Below, piece after piece: positions 47,168 to 55,924 of a DNA stretch of 64,000 nucleotides. This stretch comes from Candidatus Omnitrophota bacterium. GTDB lineage: Bacteria; Omnitrophota; Gorgyraeia; Gygaellales; UBA12090. The notes under the pieces were generated by a model. That model had not been told where the DNA came from. It saw nothing but the letters and a program-made list of their open reading frames with translations, and ran no database searches. Both the position numbers and the translations under genes were made by a program. The stretch spans positions 46,264-110,263 of the forward strand of contig JAUSCZ010000017.1 of assembly GCA_030674475.1 (NCBI GenBank). Direction: 5' to 3'. How positions within the stretch are numbered: position 1 is the stretch's first letter; each line of letters begins with the position of its first letter.

Positions 47168-47305
47168 GTGAGTGCGATAAATCGCATCGCTACCGCGGAT
47201 TTTCCGAATAAGTTTGCGCTGGGTTAGGGCGGGGTTTTGCTCTAACTCTTTGATAACAGAGAGGATTTTATCGTGGTTCAATATGCCGATTTTATGAATA
47301 TTCAT
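47168..47305. repeat. Cassette-junction repeat copy (hairpin variant + regulator-5' homologue, no heptamers)
   Basis: gtgcgataaatcgcatcgctaccgcggattttccgaataagtttgcgctgggttagggcggggttttgctctaactctttgataacagagaggatttt...; the mini-ORF ends in ...LIRKIRGSDAIYRTH. Confidence 0.7.
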
Positions 47306-47363
47306 CTGTTCAGGGCTTGAACATATATTAACAAAAGTATCGCAATTGTCAAGAGGAGAGTCT

Positions 47364-48452
47364 TTAAGATGGTATTTCCATGGACAAATCTTTTAAAGTA
47401 GCAACCTTTTTTAAGTGAGTCACCTTTTGTTTTATACCTTGATAGGCGGCAGAATTAGATTTTAGAGAAAGCAAGGAATTCTTTATTTCCTCAACTGATT
47501 CTACCTTAATGCCGGCACCGGATTTACAGATTACTCTTTCATTAGATGTCTCCAAGCCAGGGATGCTGGAGAAGAAAATCATTGGCAGGCCTTTGGCTAA
47601 GCTTTCGCTGATGGTCAGGCCGCCGGCTTTGGTGAGAACAACATCAGAAACCGACATTAGTTCATCAACATAATCAATCAAGGGGTAAATTTTAACATTC
47701 ATGAGATTTAGCTTGGTCAGGCGGTCAAAGAGCTTCTGGTTCTTGCCGCAGATAACTAATAATTGAATATCACCGGCTAAGGCCTGGACAATTTCCTCTA
47801 TGGGGCCGATGCCTACGGCTCCGGTCATAATTAAAGCGGTGAATTTTTCCGGGTCAACTCCTAACTTTTGGGCCGCTGTTTTTCTATCTGAAGGTAGATA
47901 AAATTTCTCTCTTACCGGAATGCCATAAACTTTTATTTTATCTTCTATTATTCCTTTTGTCAATAAGCAGTCTTTCACATGATCGCAGGAAGCTATGTAG
48001 GTATCCACGCCTTCTCCTATCCAGTAGGGATGCAGGGTGTAATCAGTTATAATGGTTATCAGGCGAAAAGCATATTGGGGGTATTTTTTCTTGAATATAC
48101 TAAGAACACTGCTGGTTAAAAAGTGGGTGGAAATAACAACGTCGGGTTTTTCTTTTTTTAATAGATCAACAAACGGCTGGCAAGCGAGATAATCAGAGAG
48201 GAGGCGAAAATAATTATTAGCGAAGAAGGACGATAGGCGGTAGAGAAGATACCATGCCCAGGGAAACTTGGTAATAAGGAAGATATAGCCCTTGGAATAT
48301 AAAAACTTAACCACACAGTTAGAATAGTCCAAGATGTCAATAAGCTTTAGGCTTAAGTCGAGCCGGGTTTTTTTAAGATATTCGTAGAGGGCTTCCGCGG
48401 CTTTTTGGTGGCCGGCGCCGGCGGAGGCATAGACGATAAAGACTTTCTTCAC
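47364..48452 (-). CDS. GT28-family glycosyltransferase (MGDG-synthase / UgtP-like)
   Basis: N-terminal IVYASAGAGHQKAAEAL motif typical of MGDG-synthase-like GT28 proteins, with a C-terminal GT-B domain. Confidence 0.65.
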   Translation of the reverse strand: MKKVFIVYASAGAGHQKAAEALYEYLKKTRLDLSLKLIDILDYSNCVVKFLYSKGYIFLITKFPWAWYLLYRLSSFFANNYFRLLSDYLACQPFVDLLKKEKPDVVISTHFLTSSVLSIFKKKYPQYAFRLITIITDYTLHPYWIGEGVDTYIASCDHVKDCLLTKGIIEDKIKVYGIPVREKFYLPSDRKTAAQKLGVDPEKFTALIMTGAVGIGPIEEIVQALAGDIQLLVICGKNQKLFDRLTKLNLMNVKIYPLIDYVDELMSVSDVVLTKAGGLTISESLAKGLPMIFFSSIPGLETSNERVICKSGAGIKVESVEEIKNSLLSLKSNSAAYQGIKQKVTHLKKVATLKDLSMEIPS

Positions 48453-48470
48453 TTGAAAAATCTCATCTTA

Positions 48471-48488
48471 GGTGCGATAAATCGCACC
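48471..48488. repeat. Isolated copy of junction hairpin GGTGCGATAAATCGCACC
   Basis: 7-bp stem and TAAA loop, 19 bp upstream of the GT28 start. The following ~20 bp (gctacgcgacgcgaa) are only loosely related to the junction repeat. Confidence 0.6.
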
Positions 48489-48615
48489 GCTACGCGACGC
48501 GAATAACCCAGCACTATTTTCATGCTCATTGGTATCCTGCTTTCGGCGGGGTATAACTGCTTCATTAGTTATTGATTTTTATAAATAATAATACTGGCCA
48601 TGCTCCTGGGGGGAC

Positions 48616-49164
48616 TCACGATGATGCTGTGGTAATGAACTTTGCGGCGGCGTAGAGGTCTTTGAAGGTAAAATCCGGGCGGGCTGGCCAATTATCCCGG
48701 TTAGACGGTTTTTCTGCTCCGGAGAAAACCAGGATGGATTTACATCCGGCGGCTTTGGCGGTGTGGACATCGCGAATAGTATCGCCGATAAAGAAGGAAT
48801 TTTTTAGGTCAATTTTCTTAGCCTTAACGGCTAATTTGATCAGGCCGGCTTTGGGTTTGCGGCAGGAGCAATGATCTTCATCGCGGTGGGTACAATAATA
48901 TACGGCGTTTATCTTGGCACTGGATTTTTCTAAGGCTTTTAGCATTCGGCTGGTTATGTCATTTAGGGTATTTTGACTGTATAAGCCTTTACTCACTCCG
49001 GCCTGGTTTGAAATTACAAATATGGGGTATTTTTTACCGGCTAATAAAGCAATCGCTTTCTTGACATTGGGCAAAAAGCGAAATTCCTTCCAACTGGTTA
49101 CATATTTGGTATCACCGGGGTATCTATTGATAACGCCGTCGCGGTCAAGAAAAATAGCTTTCAT
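48616..49164 (-). CDS. gmhB: D,D-heptose 1,7-bisphosphate phosphatase (HAD-IIIA, GmhB-like)
   Basis: IFLDRDGVIN HAD motif I and a C-x-H...C-x-C zinc motif (CTHRDEDHCSCRKP). Confidence 0.75.
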   Translation of the reverse strand: MKAIFLDRDGVINRYPGDTKYVTSWKEFRFLPNVKKAIALLAGKKYPIFVISNQAGVSKGLYSQNTLNDITSRMLKALEKSSAKINAVYYCTHRDEDHCSCRKPKAGLIKLAVKAKKIDLKNSFFIGDTIRDVHTAKAAGCKSILVFSGAEKPSNRDNWPARPDFTFKDLYAAAKFITTASS

Positions 49165-50182
49165 TATGGACTACCCAATCAGTGAGGCGGCTGATTCCTT
49201 CTTTTACTGAAATCCTGGGCTGCCAGCCTAAGATTTTTTTGATTTTTGAGATATCGGAAATGTAGACTTTTTGGTCTGAAGGGCGCCAATCGCTAAAGGT
49301 TATTTTGGGGCGTTTGCCCAGGAGGTTTTCAATTTCGTCAATAAATTCTAGAAGTGAGGTTGTGTTTTGGGGGCCTCCGCCGGTGTTGAAAATGCCGTGT
49401 TGGAGCTTGCTGTTCATAAACGCTTCATAGCCTTTAACCAGGTCTTCGGCATACAATAAATCCCGGACCTGCTTGCCGTCGCCGTAGATGGTAATAGGTT
49501 TATTTTTAAGCGTGGCGATAATAAACCAGGCCACCCAGCCCTGATCCTCAAAGCCGAACTGCCGGGCGCCGTAAATACAGGACATACGAAAAACCCCGGT
49601 TTTCATACCATATATATGGGCGTATTCCTGGGTATAGAGGTCGCCGACTAATTTTGAGACTCCGTAAGGGGTATGGCCGGTGAGGTCGGTAAGCATAGCC
49701 TCATCAATACCTTTTCTGTCTTGGTAAATATAGCGGGTTTTAAGCTCCTTTAGAGCAATCTTGTCTATGTTTTCTCCGTATACTTTATTGGTCGAGCAAT
49801 AGACTACTGTTGCCTTCGGGGATTTTTTGCGGGTGCATTCTAAGACATTCAACGTGCCAAAGGCATTGATGCTGAAATCTTCTAAGGGCATTCTTACTGA
49901 AGAAGGCACACCCGGCTGGCCGGCGGTATGGATTACCGCGTCCACGCCTTTACCTAAGGCAATGTTAACATCCTTCTCATTGCGCACATCTCCTTTGATA
50001 CGCTTAATATTTTTATATTGCCCTAAATACTTCCAATTATACTCCACCGAGCCTTTATCGTAACCAAAGATTTGCGAACGCATTAAGTTATCCAGCGCCA
50101 CCACCTCCCATTTTTTCCTGGCAAAATACTCCGCGGCATGAGACCCGACTAACCCGGCTCCTCCGGTAATTAAAATCCTCAT
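49145..50182 (-). CDS. NAD-dependent epimerase/dehydratase (CDP-paratose 2-epimerase-like extended SDR)
   Basis: ILITGGAGLVGSH and YGVSK motifs. Confidence 0.75.
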   Translation of the reverse strand: MRILITGGAGLVGSHAAEYFARKKWEVVALDNLMRSQIFGYDKGSVEYNWKYLGQYKNIKRIKGDVRNEKDVNIALGKGVDAVIHTAGQPGVPSSVRMPLEDFSINAFGTLNVLECTRKKSPKATVVYCSTNKVYGENIDKIALKELKTRYIYQDRKGIDEAMLTDLTGHTPYGVSKLVGDLYTQEYAHIYGMKTGVFRMSCIYGARQFGFEDQGWVAWFIIATLKNKPITIYGDGKQVRDLLYAEDLVKGYEAFMNSKLQHGIFNTGGGPQNTTSLLEFIDEIENLLGKRPKITFSDWRPSDQKVYISDISKIKKILGWQPRISVKEGISRLTDWVVHNESYFS

Positions 50183-50184
50183 CT

Positions 50185-51006
50185 TTAAGCCCCTCCCCTA
50201 TCCCCTCCCGCAAGGGGAGTGGGAATAAATGTATTTTTTGTAGAATTTCTAACAGCCTCTAGCCGAACAATCTCGCGGTATTTTAAATAACTTAAGAATT
50301 GATACAGCCCGGCGAAATAGGCAATTACAAAGCCAAGGAAGCCGTCTTTATAGCCTTTTTTGCCGAAATAGGCCCGAAAAAACCTATCATAGGAGCGCCA
50401 GATAAACCTGCCTAAGCGCATTGGTTTATTTTGGGCGAACCACTTCTGGGCTTCCCGGGTAGTCTGGTTGTTAAGTTTGCTGAGAAAATCCTCAATGCCT
50501 CGATAAGAATAATGAATGATGTCAAACTTCAGGTGGCCGCAGGGATCATCCATAAACGCCCTGGGGTGCACTCCGACCTCTTCGTAACGGAATTTATCCT
50601 TGCGAAATAGCTTTAATTGCGGGCTGGGATACCAGCCGCCGTAGCGCACCCAGTAATTACCGATAAAATTGCGCCTGGGAATGGTAAAGCCGTTGCATGG
50701 GGTTTCTTTACTTAAGGCTTCTTCAATTTCTTTTTTAAGCTCATCAGTTACCCGTTCGTCGGCGTCCAGGCTTAAGACCCATTGGTTTTTGGCCTGGGAA
50801 TAGGCAAAATTCCTCTGTTTTCCCTCTACTTCCATCCTTCGGCTTAATATCTTACTAGTGTAATTGCCGGCTATTTTAACTGTGTTATCACTGCTTATGT
50901 CATCCACCAACACTATCTCATCCGCCCAGCCGTCCACCGACTTAAGGCAATCTTCAATATTTCTTTCTTCGTTTTTGGTCAAGACGACAACTGATAGTTT
51001 AAGCAT
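50185..51006 (-). CDS. Family 2 glycosyltransferase (LPS-core type)
   Basis: LSVVVLTKNEERNIEDCL...DADE motifs. The C-terminal 13 aa (IPTPLAGGDRGGA) are encoded by a GC-rich hairpin motif. Confidence 0.75.
   Translation of the reverse strand: MLKLSVVVLTKNEERNIEDCLKSVDGWADEIVLVDDISSDNTVKIAGNYTSKILSRRMEVEGKQRNFAYSQAKNQWVLSLDADERVTDELKKEIEEALSKETPCNGFTIPRRNFIGNYWVRYGGWYPSPQLKLFRKDKFRYEEVGVHPRAFMDDPCGHLKFDIIHYSYRGIEDFLSKLNNQTTREAQKWFAQNKPMRLGRFIWRSYDRFFRAYFGKKGYKDGFLGFVIAYFAGLYQFLSYLKYREIVRLEAVRNSTKNTFIPTPLAGGDRGGA
50189..50224. repeat. GC-rich hairpin motif cccctcccctatcccctccc-gcaa-ggggagtggg
   Basis: Related to 41690-41755 at both DNA and encoded-peptide level (IPTPLAGGDRGGA* versus IPSPLVGE../PLTKGRRGGVR*). 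Confidence 0.5.
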
Positions 51007-52114
51007 TAAAATATCCTTTTATTGAAGCAATGATATAGTCCTTTTCCTCCCGGGTTAGATCAGGATACACCGGTATGGCTAATGTTTCTTTGCAGGCCTG
51101 CTCCGATACCGGGAAATTGCCTTTTTTATAGCCCAGGGTTTTAAAACATTTTTGCAGATGCAGGGGAACCGGATAGTAAACCCGGGAATCAATACCCTTA
51201 GCCCTTAAATGCTCAGTCAGCTTAAGGCTTGCGCCATTGAGACGCAGAATATACTGATGATAGATATGCGTAGTATATTCGGGGACAAATGGAGTCTTAA
51301 GAGGCAGGCCCTCTAATTGTTGATTAAAGTATTCGGCGTTTTCCTGCCTCCTCTTGTTCCAGCCGTCCAAATATTTAAGCTTTACTTTTAATATCGCCGC
51401 CTGGAGGGTATCCAAACGATTATTATAGCCGATAACCAGATGATAGTATTTTTCCTTGTTCCCCTGGTTCCGGAAAATCTTCAGGCGCTCAGCAATGGTC
51501 TGGCTATTAGTCAAAATCGCCCCGGCATCGCCGAAGGCCCCTAAATTCTTGCCAGGAAACAGGCTCAATGCCCCACAGTCACCAAAAATCCCGGCCTTTT
51601 TACCTCTATAATCCGCGCCAAAAGCCTGGGCAGTATCTTCCACTACTTTCAGCTTATGCTTCTTAGCTATTTTTAATATACCATTCATATCCGCGCATTG
51701 GCCATAAAGATGAACCGGGACAATAGCCTTTATTTTAAGCTTATTCTTTTTCTTTAAGGCCTTTTCTATTCCTTCCAAAGAAATCGTATAGCTGTCCGGC
51801 TCAATATCCACAAAGACCGGAACCGCGCCCATACTGGCTATGGCCCCGGCAGAGGCATAATAAGTAAAGGCCGGACAGATAACCCCTTCGCCGGGCTTAA
51901 TCCCCAAGGCCACCAAGGATAGCTTTATAGCATCGGTGCCGTTAGAGACACCTACCGCGTATTTGGCGCTTGAATATCTTACCAGCTCTTCCTCAAACTC
52001 TTGAATCTCCCCGCCAAAGACAAAATTGGCGTTGTCAATAACCTTCTTGATTGCCTCATCAATTTCAGCCCGAATCGGCGCTATTTGTTTTTTTAGGTCC
52101 AATATTGGTATCAT
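50999..52114 (-). CDS. DegT/DnrJ/EryC1/StrS family aminotransferase
   Basis: IPILDLKKQ.APIRAEIDEAI N-terminus and the overall pattern of the family. Confidence 0.8.
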   Translation of the reverse strand: MIPILDLKKQIAPIRAEIDEAIKKVIDNANFVFGGEIQEFEEELVRYSSAKYAVGVSNGTDAIKLSLVALGIKPGEGVICPAFTYYASAGAIASMGAVPVFVDIEPDSYTISLEGIEKALKKKNKLKIKAIVPVHLYGQCADMNGILKIAKKHKLKVVEDTAQAFGADYRGKKAGIFGDCGALSLFPGKNLGAFGDAGAILTNSQTIAERLKIFRNQGNKEKYYHLVIGYNNRLDTLQAAILKVKLKYLDGWNKRRQENAEYFNQQLEGLPLKTPFVPEYTTHIYHQYILRLNGASLKLTEHLRAKGIDSRVYYPVPLHLQKCFKTLGYKKGNFPVSEQACKETLAIPVYPDLTREEKDYIIASIKGYFNA

Positions 52115-52120
52115 TATAAA

Positions 52121-52372
52121 TTAGCCTCCATTCCTTTTAGAAGCATCCAAAACCGTTATCCCAATAAGCTTCTTATTATGATAACGCAGCAATACTCCAT
52201 TATCCAGCATTTTGCTGTTTGTAGCTTTCTGCGGACGCTGAAGGCTAATATATAAAACATCCGCCCCTTTATCATAATCAACCCAGAATCTATTAGAAGG
52301 GAATTTTATTAAATGCCGCGTAGTTTCAAAAACCTCTTTTATATACTCTTTCTCTAACGTTCCTTTTGCCAT
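52121..52372 (-). CDS. DUF2283 family protein (putative antitoxin-like partner)
   Basis: VDYDKGADVLYISL motif. Confidence 0.5.
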   Translation of the reverse strand: MAKGTLEKEYIKEVFETTRHLIKFPSNRFWVDYDKGADVLYISLQRPQKATNSKMLDNGVLLRYHNKKLIGITVLDASKRNGG

Positions 52373-52656
52373 ACCATTGCCTCCTTTTTGATAGCAGACG
52401 TAAAATAAGCAGTAATCACGAATCCGTCGCTTTTGGAAACTTCCTTATATATGACAGACAGATATAAATTATTCTTAATCTTTACCGCCGCTATCAACGC
52501 GTTTTGATATCCTTTAACTATAAGATCGGGAGCCTCTATTGTCCGCAGGATTTCATCGTAATATCCCGCCAAGTCGTCATGGTTTTCCACAATATGAAAC
52601 CATCTCTCTACCGTAAGACGGATAGGAACATTATTCTGTGAATATACGATATCCAT
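52354..52656 (-). CDS. DUF4258-like small protein (putative toxin partner of DUF2283)
   Basis: 100 aa with an FVITAYFT C-terminal motif. Overlaps the DUF2283 gene start. Confidence 0.4.
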   Translation of the reverse strand: MDIVYSQNNVPIRLTVERWFHIVENHDDLAGYYDEILRTIEAPDLIVKGYQNALIAAVKIKNNLYLSVIYKEVSKSDGFVITAYFTSAIKKEAMVWQKER

Positions 52657-53734
52657 TCTTTCGGGTATCCGACAATATGTTTATCATCTTCAAGACTTCT
52701 TCAACCTCTATACTTTTAAGGCACTCCTGTCTTCTTGAGCATGGGCGAAGGCGAAACCCGCGGTAACAGGGGCTACATTCTATAGCCTTCCTTAAAACAA
52801 TGTGCCGTGTCTCATCCGGCGGATACGGCCCATACACCTTTGGGTCAACCGGGCCGAAGAAAGAAATGGTTTTTCTTTTTAAAGCTGAGGCTATGTGCAG
52901 GAGGCCGCCGTCGTTTCCGATAAATAAATCCGCCTTGTTGATAATAGCGGCTGATTGGGTTAGCGTGGTTCTGCCGGCTAAATTTATAACCTTGCACTGA
53001 AGCTCTGTTTCTATATTTAAGAGCAAATCCCTTTCCTTTAAATCTCCTAATATTATAACCGTAACTTTATATTTTTCAATGATTTTATTGACTAAAAGGG
53101 CGAATTTTTCCTCGGGCCAGCGTTTGATTTTTGCCTCAATTCCCCAACTTGCCCCTCCGCCGGGTGAAAGCGCGATAACCGGGAAGGAGTCATCAATACG
53201 ATACTCCTTAAAAATGCTTTCCGCGCATTGCTTGTCTTCATCGCTTAGATACAATTCCAGGTCCTGATATTTCGGCTCTATCCCGATTAATTCCAAAAGG
53301 CCGTTATAATATTCCACCACATGCTGGTCTTCGTAGCCGCTTAATTTTACTGACTTGGTTAAATAGATTCCCCGGTTTTTATAGTTATAGCCGATCCTTT
53401 TCCTTATCCCAGCCAGCCATAAAAAGAAGCCAAAATTGGAAGATAAGGATAAATCTATGGCCAGGTCAAATCGCGCTTTCTTTATTTGCCGGATAAAAGA
53501 ACTGAATCCTTTAAGCCATTCTAATTTTGAAACTAATAACAATTGCTTAAAGTCATCCCTCTCGTATATAAATATTTCATTAATAAAAGGATTGTTTCTT
53601 AATAGGGGAGCAGCGCGTTTATTACAGAGAAAACCTAATTTACCTTCTGGAAAGGCGTCTTTGAGGGTATGAATCAGGGGAGTAGTAAATAAAACATCAC
53701 CGATGCCAAAGGGATTAACGATGAGAATACTCAT
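52631..53734 (-). CDS. Glycosyltransferase family 9 (heptosyltransferase-like)
   Basis: MSILIVNPFGIGDVLFTTPL N-terminus; GT9 C-terminal GNDGGLLHIAS. Confidence 0.8.
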   Translation of the reverse strand: MSILIVNPFGIGDVLFTTPLIHTLKDAFPEGKLGFLCNKRAAPLLRNNPFINEIFIYERDDFKQLLLVSKLEWLKGFSSFIRQIKKARFDLAIDLSLSSNFGFFLWLAGIRKRIGYNYKNRGIYLTKSVKLSGYEDQHVVEYYNGLLELIGIEPKYQDLELYLSDEDKQCAESIFKEYRIDDSFPVIALSPGGGASWGIEAKIKRWPEEKFALLVNKIIEKYKVTVIILGDLKERDLLLNIETELQCKVINLAGRTTLTQSAAIINKADLFIGNDGGLLHIASALKRKTISFFGPVDPKVYGPYPPDETRHIVLRKAIECSPCYRGFRLRPCSRRQECLKSIEVEEVLKMINILSDTRKNGYRIFTE

Positions 53735-54040
53735 TCAAGTATTTCTCAATCGTCTGGCCAGCTCTTGGTAGACTTTCATATCCTCTCGTTTACCGATAGC
53801 ATAAATAATTACTTCTTTATTCTTTTGGTCCAGCTCATAGAGGATCCGGTATTTTTTCTGAAAGGAATAAAGTTTTCTGTACCCGGTAAGGTCAAAACCC
53901 GCCTTGTCACCTAAAGGTTTCCCCAATTCCGGAGAATTCGCAAGTTTCTTAAATTGAGCGAATGCCTGCTGTTGAATAGATTTATCCAGGCTTCTGAATT
54001 CTTTTTCGGCTTCAGTTTTCCACTTCAAACTATAAGCCAT
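53735..54040 (-). CDS. RelE/ParE family type II toxin
   Basis: 101 aa. The RILYELDQKNKEVIIYAIGKRED pattern is typical of RelE/ParE. Confidence 0.65.
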   Translation of the reverse strand: MAYSLKWKTEAEKEFRSLDKSIQQQAFAQFKKLANSPELGKPLGDKAGFDLTGYRKLYSFQKKYRILYELDQKNKEVIIYAIGKREDMKVYQELARRLRNT

Positions 54041-54317
54041 ACTGTTCTTGCAGTTTTTCCAGAGAAATTTTCTTGGCGGGGCTGATTTTCCGCTGCTGGA
54101 TCACCTTATAAACAGCTATATGCTCCAGTAATTCTTCCAAGTTTTCTAATTTTTGTTTTATTTTTTCATACCGCGCGTAATCCATTAACACGGCTTCAGG
54201 CGAATTGCGTTTAAAAATGAAAATATCATGCAAGGGGAGTTCATTCTCATATTTTTTGAATGACCTTACCAGTTCTGTGCTACTGATAATTTGTTTTTTT
54301 TCAAAGGTAGTGCTCAT
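54030..54317 (-). CDS. Phd/YefM family antitoxin
   Basis: N-terminal ISSTELVRSFKKY...PEAVLMDYARYEKI pattern; overlaps the toxin start. Confidence 0.6.
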   Translation of the reverse strand: MSTTFEKKQIISSTELVRSFKKYENELPLHDIFIFKRNSPEAVLMDYARYEKIKQKLENLEELLEHIAVYKVIQQRKISPAKKISLEKLQEQYGL

Positions 54318-54381
54318 CCGTATCTCCTTTTTGCTTAATTACATACAATAAACATATTTCTATACAAAATATAACACATAT

Positions 54382-54411
54382 TTTATAAGAAGTCAAGTCA
54401 AATTCAGTCAA
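54382..54411 (-). promoter_or_regulatory. Putative sigma70-like promoter for yefM/relE-like pair
   Basis: Minus-strand TTGACT-N18-TATAAA ~60 bp upstream of the antitoxin start, in an AT-rich 110-bp gap. Confidence 0.3.
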
Positions 54412-54430
54412 CAAAATCAAAGAATCAGCA

Positions 54431-55924
54431 CTAGCGCTCTCTCATATAATCATCATCAAATCTCTTGATGTCGTCTTCTTCTAAGTAATCTCCGGTTTGG
54501 ATTTCTACAATCTTAAGCGGGGTGCGGGCGGGATTTTCCAAGCGGTGCTTTGTTCCTTTGGGAATGTATATACTTTGGTTACTATGGACATAGATAATAT
54601 CCTTACCTCGACTCACCTTGGCACAGCCGGAAACCACTACCCAATGCTCCGCTCTCCTGGTGTGAGCCTGCAGGCTGAGCCGTTTTTTGGGTTCTATCTC
54701 AATCAGCTTGATTTTAAAACCAAGAGCCTGTTTTAAAACCGTAAAGAAGCCCCAGGGACGCCTATCCGTCAGATGCATAATATGCTCTTTGCGGTGGGCG
54801 GATTTCAGTTGCTCCACGATTTTCTTGACCTCCTGGGTCTTTTGTTTATCGCAGACCAATAAAGCGTCAGGGGTATCGGCGATAATCAAATCCTTCAGTC
54901 CGATGGTCGCGATAAACCGGTCTCCCCGGCTAAAGGCGCAAACCCCCTGACTGCCGCAATCCAGAGAATTATCGGGAAGCACATTGCCGCTTTTGTCCTT
55001 GTGTAGTAATTCCTCTAAGGCATCCCAACTGCCCAAATCCGACCAATAAAAGTCAGCCGGCACCAGGGCTATTTTCTTAGAATGTTCCATTATGCCGTAA
55101 TCCACGGAAACCGGCTTGATTTTACCCCAGACCTTTTCTATGTCGTCTTTGGTTTGGATTGACTTTAGCTGGGAATAAAGCTCCGGCATATATTTGGCCA
55201 ATTCATCCCTAAAAACCGAAACCTTCCAAATAAACATCCCGCTATTCCAAAAATAATCTCTACTCCTTACATATTCTTCCGCTTTGTTTAAACTCGGCTT
55301 CTCCAGAAACTTTTGCACCTTGAAACTCTTTAAAAAGTCATTGCGAGGAGCGTAGCGACGAAGCAATCTCCCAGGGGATTGCTTCGCACTTCGTGCTCGC
55401 AATGACGGATCAAGCTGATGCTCTACTTTTATATACCCATATCCGGTTGCCGGCTTATTCGGCTTGATCCCGATAGTTACCAGAAAATCGCTTTCCGCGC
55501 ACTTTAGCGCCCGGTTAACACAACCCTGAAATTTTTTTATGTCCTTAATATAGTGGTCAGCGGGAAATACCGCTAAAACCGCGTCTTTATTTTTTTGTTC
55601 AATCAGGCGCGCGCATAGGCCGATAGCCGGAGCGGTATTTTTACCTTGCGGCTCCAGGATAATATTCTCATCCGGTATGTGGAATTTTTCTATCTGTTTC
55701 TTAAGCTCAAAGAAATAGGCCTGATTGGTGATAAAAAATATCCGCTTTGGCCGAATCAGGCCTTCTAAGCGCTTGACTGTATTCTGAAGCAGGCTTTCCT
55801 TGCCGATAATATTGATAAACTGCTTCGGCTCAAGCTCCCGGCTAAAAGGCCAAAAACGGCTGCCTACCCCGCCGGCTAAAATCAAGCCGTATAAGTTATC
55901 CTGAGAACGCTTTTCTGATGCCAT
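54431..55924 (-). CDS. Mannose-1-phosphate guanylyltransferase / mannose-6-phosphate isomerase (ManC/CpsB-like) with ~20-aa insertion
   Basis: LILAGGVGSRFWP N-terminus and a cupin C-terminus. An extra segment, DPSLRARSAKQSPGRLLRRYAPRNDF, lies between GYGYIKVE and KFLEKP. Confidence 0.8.
   Translation of the reverse strand: MASEKRSQDNLYGLILAGGVGSRFWPFSRELEPKQFINIIGKESLLQNTVKRLEGLIRPKRIFFITNQAYFFELKKQIEKFHIPDENIILEPQGKNTAPAIGLCARLIEQKNKDAVLAVFPADHYIKDIKKFQGCVNRALKCAESDFLVTIGIKPNKPATGYGYIKVEHQLDPSLRARSAKQSPGRLLRRYAPRNDFLKSFKVQKFLEKPSLNKAEEYVRSRDYFWNSGMFIWKVSVFRDELAKYMPELYSQLKSIQTKDDIEKVWGKIKPVSVDYGIMEHSKKIALVPADFYWSDLGSWDALEELLHKDKSGNVLPDNSLDCGSQGVCAFSRGDRFIATIGLKDLIIADTPDALLVCDKQKTQEVKKIVEQLKSAHRKEHIMHLTDRRPWGFFTVLKQALGFKIKLIEIEPKKRLSLQAHTRRAEHWVVVSGCAKVSRGKDIIYVHSNQSIYIPKGTKHRLENPARTPLKIVEIQTGDYLEEDDIKRFDDDYMRER
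55338..55407. repeat. ~70-bp imperfect palindrome inserted in-frame within ManC-like CDS
   Basis: tcattgcgaggagcgtagcgacgaagcaatc-tcccaggg-gattgcttcgcacttcgtgctcgcaatga. The outer 10 bp are perfect and the inner arms imperfect. Confidence 0.7.

Noticed and set aside
48579-48874. ORFs 48579-48770 (-) and 48662-48874 (+)
   Set aside because: They overlap the well-supported GmhB-like gene and the intergenic region in other frames, and have Pro/Ser-rich low-complexity translations. Treated as spurious.
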